A DNA stretch of 64,000 nucleotides from an uncultured delta proteobacterium. GTDB taxonomy: Bacteria > Myxococcota > Myxococcia > Myxococcales > Myxococcaceae. The position numbers and the translations under genes were made by a program. The DNA is taken from NCBI GenBank assembly GCA_963713045.1, contig CAVQKE010000001.1, positions 256,001-320,000 on the forward strand, in the 5' to 3' direction. Below the pieces are notes generated by a model, which had not been told where the DNA came from, made no database searches, and was given only the letters and a program-made list of their open reading frames with translations. Positions 18,991-27,522 of this stretch are shown here, in pieces; within the stretch, counting starts at the first letter, position 1; each line of letters begins with the position of its first letter.

Positions 18991-21705
18991 ATGGTTCGCC
19001 AAGCCTTCGCCCTGCTTGTGATTTCTGCCCTGGCGTGCGGCCCCACCGGGCCACCCGGGCCTCCTGGGCCAGTCGGTCCGCCTGGGGCCGGGTGTCCGGC
19101 AATCGCTTCGGGCCAAACGCCTGGTGTGCGAACGAGCCTCTCGGTCTCAAGCCCGAGTAACGGTCAATTCTTCGTGGAAGGTGAGCGGCCGGTCGTCACC
19201 ATCTACTTTGTCAACAATTCCTGCGGGCAGCTGATTCAGCCCGCACAGCTCACGACGGCGGAGCTCATGGTGTACGGCCCGCGCGACCCTCTCAGGACGG
19301 TCACCAACATGGACCTGCTCCTGGATTCGCCGGTGGTGACGTTCAACGCCTATGCGAACCTTCAGGGGTACGCGGATGGTGGACCCCCCAACCTCCGGGT
19401 GAACCAGGATGGCGTCATCAGCTACACGCTCAACCCCATCTCCAACTTGAGCGGCACCACATTTCACCAGAGCGGCGGTGCAACCTACACACAGGAAGTC
19501 GCTGGGACGTACAGCGCCGCCGTGCTCGCAATTGGAGCGAGTCAACTGGACCAGGATTTTGAGGTGGTTGACTTCCAGATTGGCACGGCCAGGGTCGAGG
19601 CTTACGCGACCGGTCCAGCGGACGGCGGCCAAGTCTCGGCGACCGACCACAATTCCAGCTGCTTTGCCTGTCACCAGAATTTCGCGCCCGGCGGGAAAAC
19701 GTACATGGCGCATATCGCGCCCGACAGCCGTTCGCCCGACGGCGACTACGCGCAAGACTCTCTTCCCATCGCTTCGTGCAAGGCCTGCCATAACAACGCC
19801 GGCTACAGTCCAAACACCCTGATGCGGAAGGCGCACGCCGTCCATCGAGGTGAACACCAACGGGCGCCGGGCGTAGCCCACCCCGAGTACGGCGAGGGAA
19901 CAGACTCGTCCCTCGACGCGTACCTCAACGTGGGCTTCCCGATGATGCCCCTAGGCGAACCGTTTTTCGAAGCACTGACGGCTGATGTGGCGATGGAAAA
20001 GAATTGCCTTGCGTGCCACGTCAGCGACGTATGGGAAACGCAGCTGTCCCGGGCCGCCTGCGGGACCTGCCACGACAACGTCTTCTTTGCTGGCGCACCC
20101 CTTCCTGACGGTGGTGTCGACCCAAAGGGGCAGAACGTCGTGCCGCCTACCGTTTTCGGTCAGCCCTCAACCGGGCCGTGCGCTACCAACCAGGACTGCG
20201 CTGCCTTCCCCGCGGGTGGCAACCCAAGTTATTCGACCGCGACATGCGACGTGTCGAGCTCTTCGCCGACCTATGGGAGTTGTATACTCACTACCCACCC
20301 TATCCCTGCCAGTGCCAATCCAGATGTTGAGTGCGGCAGCTGCCATGCTTCATCGACCTCAACCATTCCTGGGTTTATTGCTCCTGTGGACACGGTGCAC
20401 AGCATCGGCACTTGGTTGCCACCCATTACCCTGGACGGCTACTCCTTTAAGAATGTAACTGTGACCGGTGGCAGCGGCCCCGACGGCAGCTTCAACGTGG
20501 GCGACACGCCGCAGCTGAGCTTCCAGCTGCTCGACAACACTGGTGCTTCGGTAACGAACCTCACCACCGCGGGTTCCGGGTGGTCCGGGACATTTATTGT
20601 CGCAGGCCCAACGTCCAACCCGCAGCGCGTGTACGGCAGTGCATCGGGCGGCCTTTCGATGGCGAGCTCAACTTACAACTCGAGCAATCAAACGTGGACT
20701 TACATGCCACCCACCACGTGGCCAGCGAATGCCCTCGCGCCAATCAACAGCGGTCTCACGCCTCAGCCCGCTCCCGCCGGAAGCTATACAGTGTGGTTCT
20801 ACTGGGCGAGGACGACCAGCGGTGAACGGGACGCCGTGGATGCTCAGTATGTCGTGGCCTTCGGACCGAACCAGCAACCGGTGTCGGGGCGACAGGTCGT
20901 GACCCAGATGGCATGCGCCTCGTGTCACGGTGCATCGACGGACGGCGGCCTCTTCTTCCCGCACTTGGCTGAACATGGAGGCCAGCGGAAGAACGCCGAA
21001 ACATGCAATACGTGCCATAGCCAATATGCGCAAGACGAGGGCGTCGGCTCAACCGGAGTGGTGTGCACGTCCAATGCGCAGTGTGGCGGCTACGACTCCG
21101 CTAACCCGACGGCGAGTTGGGAAGAGTGCGAACCAAACCCAGCCGTCACGGACGGTGGCCAAATTTGCACGGTGATTGTCGACCCGACGCCCGACGTCGA
21201 AATCGACTTCCAGAAGCTCGTGCACAACATTCACTTTGCCAGGCTGCGGGATGGTTACGCTGAGCAAGGCAACCTCGGCGAGCCCTGGGCAACTCCCATT
21301 CCCATTCCTCCGATGACGCTCAACTATCTGGGCTTCAACAATGGCCTGACCAACTTCCAGCAGGTGCTCTCTCCAGTGGACGTCCGCGCATGCACCAACT
21401 GCCATGCCGACAGCAATGCCACCTGCTCGGCAACGACTCCTTGCGCCTTCGGACAGACCTGCAGCTCGGCCGGCACCTGCACCAACGTAGCCTGGCTCGC
21501 ACCGACCGCTCGAGCATGCATCACCTGCCACGACGGGGCCGCTGACTTTGCCCACGCCGCGTCGAACACCTACACCCCAACCAGTGGACCACCCCTCGAG
21601 ACCTGCGATGTGTGCCACGGACAGGGCGCGCCATTCGCCGTCGACGTGGTGCACAACATTACATCGCTCTATTCCGTCCACCTCGCCTATCCGCGCGAGC
21701 CGTAA
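18991..21705 (+). CDS. OmcA/MtrC-family decaheme outer-surface lipoprotein cytochrome with Cys-rich insertions
   Basis: Lipobox ALAC, GPP linker, 10 CxxCH in 5+5 layout separated by a heme-free domain; RQVV..CxxCH, HGG.R, FQKLVHNIH, PT..ACITCHD, ETCDVCHG signatures. Confidence 0.88.
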   Translation: MVRQAFALLVISALACGPTGPPGPPGPVGPPGAGCPAIASGQTPGVRTSLSVSSPSNGQFFVEGERPVVTIYFVNNSCGQLIQPAQLTTAELMVYGPRDPLRTVTNMDLLLDSPVVTFNAYANLQGYADGGPPNLRVNQDGVISYTLNPISNLSGTTFHQSGGATYTQEVAGTYSAAVLAIGASQLDQDFEVVDFQIGTARVEAYATGPADGGQVSATDHNSSCFACHQNFAPGGKTYMAHIAPDSRSPDGDYAQDSLPIASCKACHNNAGYSPNTLMRKAHAVHRGEHQRAPGVAHPEYGEGTDSSLDAYLNVGFPMMPLGEPFFEALTADVAMEKNCLACHVSDVWETQLSRAACGTCHDNVFFAGAPLPDGGVDPKGQNVVPPTVFGQPSTGPCATNQDCAAFPAGGNPSYSTATCDVSSSSPTYGSCILTTHPIPASANPDVECGSCHASSTSTIPGFIAPVDTVHSIGTWLPPITLDGYSFKNVTVTGGSGPDGSFNVGDTPQLSFQLLDNTGASVTNLTTAGSGWSGTFIVAGPTSNPQRVYGSASGGLSMASSTYNSSNQTWTYMPPTTWPANALAPINSGLTPQPAPAGSYTVWFYWARTTSGERDAVDAQYVVAFGPNQQPVSGRQVVTQMACASCHGASTDGGLFFPHLAEHGGQRKNAETCNTCHSQYAQDEGVGSTGVVCTSNAQCGGYDSANPTASWEECEPNPAVTDGGQICTVIVDPTPDVEIDFQKLVHNIHFARLRDGYAEQGNLGEPWATPIPIPPMTLNYLGFNNGLTNFQQVLSPVDVRACTNCHADSNATCSATTPCAFGQTCSSAGTCTNVAWLAPTARACITCHDGAADFAHAASNTYTPTSGPPLETCDVCHGQGAPFAVDVVHNITSLYSVHLAYPREP

Positions 21706-21957
21706 GTCAGCGCTGCGAAGTCGAACGGACGAGGAGCTCCGGGCGTACTGGCCTGAGGGCCCACCAGTAAGTGCCCGACGACCCCCCCCCGTGTTTCGAG
21801 CCGCGGTGAGTAAGTCCACCCCGGCGGGAAGACAAGCTGCAACGGGGAACAGCCCTTAGCCTCGGTTAGAAGTCGCAGACCAGCCGTTGTCAGAGGCGTT
21901 TTCGATTGAAACGCGCTGTCGGGGAAACGGTTCTTTCCGCTCTCGCGCGGCAGCTGG

Positions 21958-22431
21958 CTACTTGGGTGGGAAGCTCGACATGATTCCGTTCACCGCGTCC
22001 TTGAGGTTGCTTGACGTAGCGCTGGTGTCGATGTCGCCGGATGCCGCTCCACGCCACACCGCCGTGCCGTCGTCCCTTCGGGCGGCCCGCAACTCGAGCT
22101 GGCTGAGCACCCAGCCGCTCTCGTAGATGTAGTAGGTGTAGTTGCCATTGATGCCAATGGAGAACAGCAGCTCCGGCTGGTCGGACACCTTCTTCCACCC
22201 CTTCGCCTCCAGGTCCCGGTCCGCGTAGAAGCGGACGTTTGCTTCCAGCAGGCTGTCCTGCGGCGAGTTGTACGACGACTGCACCCACTGGTAGGTCTTC
22301 GCGCCCGAGAAGGTCGCTCCCGGGTCGTAGGTGTACCTCAGCGACGAACTGCATGCCGTCAGCGTCGTCACGCCAACCAGCGCGGCAAGGACCACGAGCC
22401 GGACTGCCACAGCGGTCTTCCGTCGAGCCAT
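21958..22431 (-). CDS. DUF4136-like lipoprotein
   Basis: Lipobox LTAC; YDPGATFSGAKTYQW; VWRG; C-terminal FPP. Confidence 0.7.
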   Translation of the reverse strand: MARRKTAVAVRLVVLAALVGVTTLTACSSSLRYTYDPGATFSGAKTYQWVQSSYNSPQDSLLEANVRFYADRDLEAKGWKKVSDQPELLFSIGINGNYTYYIYESGWVLSQLELRAARRDDGTAVWRGAASGDIDTSATSSNLKDAVNGIMSSFPPK

Positions 22432-22769
22432 GAGTTCACCCCCGATTCAATACTGAAAGTGCTTAAAGCAGTATCCGCGCTGCAAGGAGCTCCGCCACTC
22501 GAAGGAAGAGGACACGCATTTCCGGAGCCGCGCTGCGGCTGTCCAAGGGCCTCCATCATCCTTGAGGTCGGCCTTTCGGTCGTGGGGGATGAGCACTACT
22601 GCCTCGTCTCCGCAGCCAACGCCGAGAGCGCGCTGACGCGACGCCTGGATAGCGCACTCAGCGTCGGCTGGTCCACTTCGGCGCGAAAATTATTTGCGCG
22701 ACAGTGGACTTTCCAACTGAAAACGAGCTTGGCTTGGGAACCCACGTGTAACTAAGTCAGGGGGACACC

Positions 22770-22946
22770 ATGGCGAAGACGGGTGCTAAGGACAACCGCC
22801 GGGACGGCGCAGTGCGGAAACGCTCGCAGGTGAAGAACCGGCGGACAGGCCTGTGGATCAAGCGAAACGCCAAGACCGGCCGCTTCGTCGACGTGAAGAC
22901 GAGCGGTGGGAAGTTCAAGGGCGTGCGGCGCGAGAAGAAGAAGTGA
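22770..22946 (+). CDS. Small highly basic 58-aa protein (not in the ORF track)
   Basis: GGGGA RBS; MAKTGAKDNRRDGAVRKRSQVKNRRTGLWIKRNAKTGRFVDVKTSGGKFKGVRREKKK; GC3-rich codons. Confidence 0.8.
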   Translation: MAKTGAKDNRRDGAVRKRSQVKNRRTGLWIKRNAKTGRFVDVKTSGGKFKGVRREKKK

Positions 22947-23209
22947 GGGCTACCGCGCCCCCCTCTCCTCTCCTCTTCGCCAACCCGGCGCCATCCGCGT
23001 GCAGGACAAGGGCTGCGCTCGGAAGCTGAAGTGCGCTTGGACGACCGGGCGATGTACACCTTAGAGACAACTGCCGCGCCGAGTACCGGGGGCGAGCAGC
23101 TGGGCTTTATGGTAACGGCCCAATCATCAGGGTAGACCGCCCTTCGATGTTGGCCTTGCTGTCGGGTCAATCAAGAGAAGTTCCACATCGTTCCCAATGG
23201 AGAATCCGC

Positions 23210-23812
23210 ATGCGAAAGCTGGTTATGTCGTACGCCATCTTCCTCACCAGCGTGGCTGCATACGCCCAAACACCAAGTTCAGACGGACAGAGCACACTCG
23301 AGATGAAAAACACTGGCACGCCGGGTAAGGCGACCGCCAAACGAACGATTCGCATCACCGCCACCGTCAAGGCAATCGACGTCCCGAGTCGGACCCTGAC
23401 ACTGCAGAGCAAGTCGGGTGAGACAGAGACTTTCACAGTCGGGCCCCAAGTCCAGCGCTTAGGGGAGTTCGCTGTCGGCGACACCATCGTGGTTGACTAC
23501 CAGCAGGGGCTCGCACTGGAGTTCCAGCCGGCCGGGTCGGAAACAGTGCCCCCAACGGCCGGCGCAGTCGCCGGACGCGCTTCAAGCAACCAGGCACCCG
23601 GAGGGTCTGCTGCTGCCGGGGTGCAGGCGACAGTAACCGTCACCGCAATCGATTCCGCCAAAAGGCTGGTGTCCTTCCAGGGACCCGGCGGCAACGTCTA
23701 CCAAGTGAAGGCCGGCGCCAACATCAAGCTCGAGAAGCTCAAGGTTGGTGACCACCTGCTCGCGACGTACGTCGAGGCCGTGGCCATCAAGCTGGAAAAG
23801 CCGAAAAAGTGA
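23210..23812 (+). CDS. Periplasmic hypothetical protein with duplicated OB-fold-like repeat
   Basis: Signal peptide (AYA-Q); two similar halves (TATVKAID...VGD / TVTVTAID...VGD). Confidence 0.75.
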   Translation: MRKLVMSYAIFLTSVAAYAQTPSSDGQSTLEMKNTGTPGKATAKRTIRITATVKAIDVPSRTLTLQSKSGETETFTVGPQVQRLGEFAVGDTIVVDYQQGLALEFQPAGSETVPPTAGAVAGRASSNQAPGGSAAAGVQATVTVTAIDSAKRLVSFQGPGGNVYQVKAGANIKLEKLKVGDHLLATYVEAVAIKLEKPKK

Positions 23813-24111
23813 GGGCAGCCGCGCCTCAATTCTCGTGAGTCCGGTCAAGTGTTGGGGTTCATAACCGCCAGACTGGATGCAAAGCGTCAGGGTGGGTTGG
23901 GTTAGCCTCGCCGTCGCCATTACCTCCGGGCGGCGATATGGACTCACGCTTCCAGCCCGGGCCGGCCTCGATTGCACCGCGTCCTCGGCGTGCCATCAGC
24001 ACGAAAGCCACCACTAACCGTCGGCAGCTCCCGAGCCTTCGTCAGTCGTCCGCCCGGAAGAAGGACCTGGCCTCGCCGATGGTCTGGTCTCGACCCTCGG
24101 CATGACGCAGC

Positions 24112-24140
24112 CGATGAGATCGCGGCGCTCCCCCTGTCTA
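24112..24140 (+). promoter_or_regulatory. Putative ECF56/SigG-type promoter upstream of SDR
   Basis: CGATGA-N18-GTCTA. Confidence 0.55.
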
Positions 24141-24185
24141 ACGCTCAGAAGTTCCACCCGGCGAGCAGGGAGAGAGAGGACTGTC

Positions 24186-24902
24186 ATGAAGATCGAAGGA
24201 TCCATTGCGCTTGTCACCGGCGCGAACCGAGGACTCGGTAAGGCCCTTGTTTCAGCGCTTGTGGAGGCTGGTGCGGCCAAGGTCTACGCCGCGGCCCGAG
24301 ATGAAAGGAAGCTCTCCATCGATAGCTCCCGGGTCATCCCCCTCGGGGTCGACACCGCCGAGCCGGAGCAGATAGCGGCTGCCGCGAAAAGGGCCAACGA
24401 CGTCACGCTCCTCATCAACAACGCGGGCCTGCTGAGCTCGTTCAACGTTTTGGCGACAAGACAGGCGGAGTTCGACGCCGATTTCCGTACCAATGTTTAC
24501 GGCACTTTGGCTGTTATCAAGGCGTTCCTGCCGGTGCTGGAACGAGCGGCCTGGGGCGCGACCATCGCGAATGTCCTGTCGCTGACGTCCTTGGCAAGCT
24601 TCCCCGCCCTCGGTGGTTACTCCGCGTCGAAAGCTGCGGCCTACTCCATCACCCAAGCCTTGCGTCCGCAGCTGAAGGCCAAGCGCATTGAGCTGCTTGC
24701 GGTCCTTCCCGGCCCCATCGACACCGACATGGTGAAGGCCCTTCCGATGCCGAAGACGAGCCCGGCCGAGACGGCCCGGGGTGTTCTCGCGGGCATCGCC
24801 CGCGGCGACGAGGAGATCTTCCCCGACCCCATGGCACAGGAGCTGGGAGCCCTATGGAACAAGAGCCCCAAGGAATTCGAGCGTGCTTTCGCAAACTTCT
24901 GA
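24186..24902 (+). CDS. Short-chain dehydrogenase/reductase
   Basis: TGANRGLG, NNAG, YSASK, PGPIDT. Confidence 0.93.
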   Translation: MKIEGSIALVTGANRGLGKALVSALVEAGAAKVYAAARDERKLSIDSSRVIPLGVDTAEPEQIAAAAKRANDVTLLINNAGLLSSFNVLATRQAEFDADFRTNVYGTLAVIKAFLPVLERAAWGATIANVLSLTSLASFPALGGYSASKAAAYSITQALRPQLKAKRIELLAVLPGPIDTDMVKALPMPKTSPAETARGVLAGIARGDEEIFPDPMAQELGALWNKSPKEFERAFANF

Positions 24903-24906
24903 AGAC

Positions 24907-24936
24907 CGATGAGTTTCGGCCCCCACGCCGGTTTCA
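24907..24936 (+). promoter_or_regulatory. Second putative ECF56/SigG-type promoter upstream of SRPBCC/sigma genes
   Basis: CGATGA-N18-GTTTCA, same -35 element and spacing as at 24112. Confidence 0.45.
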
Positions 24937-25069
24937 CGACTACGAGGGCCAATGTTGGCCCGAGAGGACGGCGGTCATGAACGTCACAGAGAAGTCAGAC
25001 TCCAGGACCAGCAGCCACCGCGACACCGCTCGGGTTACTGAGGGAGCGGAAGAGAAAAGAGAGCAGGCG

Positions 25070-25519
25070 ATGAAGGCGAAGGGCTTCACCACCTCCTTTG
25101 TGGTGGACCGCTCTCCCCAAGCCGTCTTTGACGCGATTAACAACGTTCGAGGATGGTGGTCAGGAGAGATTGATGGGAACACCGACAAGCTCGGGGCGGA
25201 GTTCACGTACCGCTACCAAGGTCTCCACCGCAGCACCCAGAGAATCTCTGAGTGGGCGCCCGGCAGGAGAGTCGTCTGGCGTGTCTCGGACGCCCGCCTC
25301 AACTTCGTGAAAGACAAGACTGAGTGGAACGGCACGGGAATCGTCTTCGAAATCACCAGGAAGGGCCATAAGACCGCGCTCCGCTTCACCCACGTCGGCC
25401 TGCTTCCGGCCTTCCAATGCTATGGAGGCTGTTCAGTGGCGTGGGGCTTCTATGTCAACGACAGTCTGCGCAGGCTCATCACAACCGGCAAAGGCGACCC
25501 CAATCCGAAGGAAAGCTGA
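25070..25519 (+). CDS. SRPBCC/AHSA1 domain protein
   Basis: VFDAINNVRGWWS, EWNGT.IVFEI, LRFTHVGL.P, LITTGKG.P. Confidence 0.85.
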   Translation: MKAKGFTTSFVVDRSPQAVFDAINNVRGWWSGEIDGNTDKLGAEFTYRYQGLHRSTQRISEWAPGRRVVWRVSDARLNFVKDKTEWNGTGIVFEITRKGHKTALRFTHVGLLPAFQCYGGCSVAWGFYVNDSLRRLITTGKGDPNPKES

Positions 25520-25574
25520 GCACGAGATGCTCGGGGCTTCGAATTCTCCCGCGAGAGCTATACCTTCCGTGTCG

Positions 25575-26570
25575 ATGGCAGCAGCGCAACCCAGCCAGAC
25601 GTTCGAACGGATTGCCGAACCCTTGCGCCGGCAACTCCACCTGCATTGCTACCGCATGCTCGGCTCCCTGCATGAAGCCGAGGACCTCGTGCAGGAGACG
25701 TACTTGCGCGCCTGGCGCAGCTTCGACACCTTCGAAGGAGGATCGTTTCGTGCCTGGCTGTACCGCATCGCGACCAACGCTTGCCTCAATGCGCTGGAGA
25801 GCCGCAAGCACTCGCAGCGTTTGCTGCCGGACCAGTTGGGACCTGCCAACGAGACGATGCCGCCCGGCGCCCCGGCAACGGACGTGGCGTGGCTAGAACC
25901 TTACCCGGATTCCGAACTGGAACGCATTGCGGACGCCTCGCCAACTCCGGAGGCACGCTACACCTCACGCGAGGCCGTGCAGCTGGCTTTCATCGCCGCG
26001 CTCCAGCAGCTACCGCCTCGTCAGCGTGCAGCCCTGATGCTGTGCGATGTGCTTGGTTGGACCGCCGTAGAAGCCGCGACCCTACTCGACAGCTCAACAG
26101 CTTCGGTCAACAGCGCCTTGCAGCGGGCGCGCGAGACGCTTTCCAAACGCTACCCAAACGGCCGGCCACCGCAGGCACCCTCGCCAAGCCCCGAGCAGCA
26201 AAAGCTCCTCGGTCGCTACCTTCAGAGCTGGGAAGGGCATGACTTGGACGGCTTCGGGGCTCTCCTCAAACAGGACGCGACCGTCATCATGCCGCCGTGG
26301 CTGCAATGGTACGCTGGACGCGAGACGATCCAGGCCTTCTTCGGGGCGTCGTGGAAAAGCTGCGGGGGGCTTCGCCTGGTCCCGACTGCTGCCAACGGGC
26401 AGCCCGCTTTCGCCGTCTATGAGCGCGGAGCCGACGGCCGGTTTAACGCCCACTCCATCCACGTGCTCACGCTCGAGCGGGACCTGGTTTCGACGATGAC
26501 CCTATTCGTGGAACCTCGTCTGTTTCAGGCGTTTGGACTTTCGCTCGTTCTTTCAGACGCTGAGAGTTGA
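25575..26570 (+). CDS. ECF sigma-70 factor with SnoaL-like C-terminal extension (SigG/ECF56-like)
   Basis: HCYRMLGSLHEAEDLVQET, WLYRIATNACL, WLEPYPD, LPPRQRA, ANGQPA. Confidence 0.9.
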   Translation: MAAAQPSQTFERIAEPLRRQLHLHCYRMLGSLHEAEDLVQETYLRAWRSFDTFEGGSFRAWLYRIATNACLNALESRKHSQRLLPDQLGPANETMPPGAPATDVAWLEPYPDSELERIADASPTPEARYTSREAVQLAFIAALQQLPPRQRAALMLCDVLGWTAVEAATLLDSSTASVNSALQRARETLSKRYPNGRPPQAPSPSPEQQKLLGRYLQSWEGHDLDGFGALLKQDATVIMPPWLQWYAGRETIQAFFGASWKSCGGLRLVPTAANGQPAFAVYERGADGRFNAHSIHVLTLERDLVSTMTLFVEPRLFQAFGLSLVLSDAES

Positions 26571-26640
26571 CTCGTTGCATCAATAAGCGGCGCCCAGCCA
26601 TGAGCAGCTTGACGTTCACGACATCCCCCGCCCTGGTGAG

Positions 26641-27222
26641 TCACAACCCGATTACATTGAGCCCGAGCACCAGAAGGCCGCAGGCAAGCATGATGGCGGC
26701 GATTGTCGCTGCCCGCCGTGTGGGCCGCGCCTGGGATGCTAGCGTCCAGGCAGCCGCGCGCCAGTAGGTGTAGCAGCCCACGAGCACAATGAGCAGTTCG
26801 AGCAGGGCACTGGCCGTCGGCACCCGCCAAAGGCCAAAGCCAAGCCGAGGCAACGAAGCCAGGTCGCCCGGCAGAATCGGCATGTCCCCCCGGTGCACGA
26901 TGAGGTCAAGGACCCAGTGCGCGAAGACAACTCCGGCGAGGATCAGGCCGCTTCGCCGTCCCCATGGAAAGGCCGCTACACCGCCAAAGATGACGGCAAG
27001 CGCCAAGGCACCCACGAGCGAGTGCGTATAGTCGGCGTGGATAATGACCTCGCCGTATCCACCTCGAGTACCTGCAACGGGGGTCAGCGTCTCCACACCG
27101 AGCAGCAAGAGCGGGACGAACACAACGTCCAGCCATTGAGTGGCGAGCATAAGAGCCCACAGAGGCACCTGACGTTCTCTGGACTTCACAACTGCGGCGA
27201 AGCCAAAGTGTCCAGCAATCAT
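26641..27222 (-). CDS. Membrane protein, metal-dependent hydrolase-like
   Basis: GHFG, YTHSL, HWVLDLIVH His/Asp motifs with TM helices. Confidence 0.7.
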   Translation of the reverse strand: MIAGHFGFAAVVKSRERQVPLWALMLATQWLDVVFVPLLLLGVETLTPVAGTRGGYGEVIIHADYTHSLVGALALAVIFGGVAAFPWGRRSGLILAGVVFAHWVLDLIVHRGDMPILPGDLASLPRLGFGLWRVPTASALLELLIVLVGCYTYWRAAAWTLASQARPTRRAATIAAIMLACGLLVLGLNVIGL

Positions 27223-27522
27223 CGTGGTTCAGCCCCTCGTCGGGGCGGGCCAAGGAAGCCGCGCGTCGAGCGCTCCAATTAGGGCGACGAAGAGCACCAT
27301 TCCGAGCAGGAAGGACATCGCGCCGGTACGATAACACTCGCCAAGCGCAGAGGCAGCAACCCGTAAGGTGACTGCCCAGGCTTTGACCGACGAGGAGGTC
27401 GCCGGGTTCGTTTGGAGCGCCCCTTAGTCAGACATTCCGAAAGGCAGCACGCCCCCTTGTTTTCGTGCCCTCATGTGTTTTCGTACGCTCGCCGGCCGCC
27501 CTCGCACCGAAGCAAACATGAA

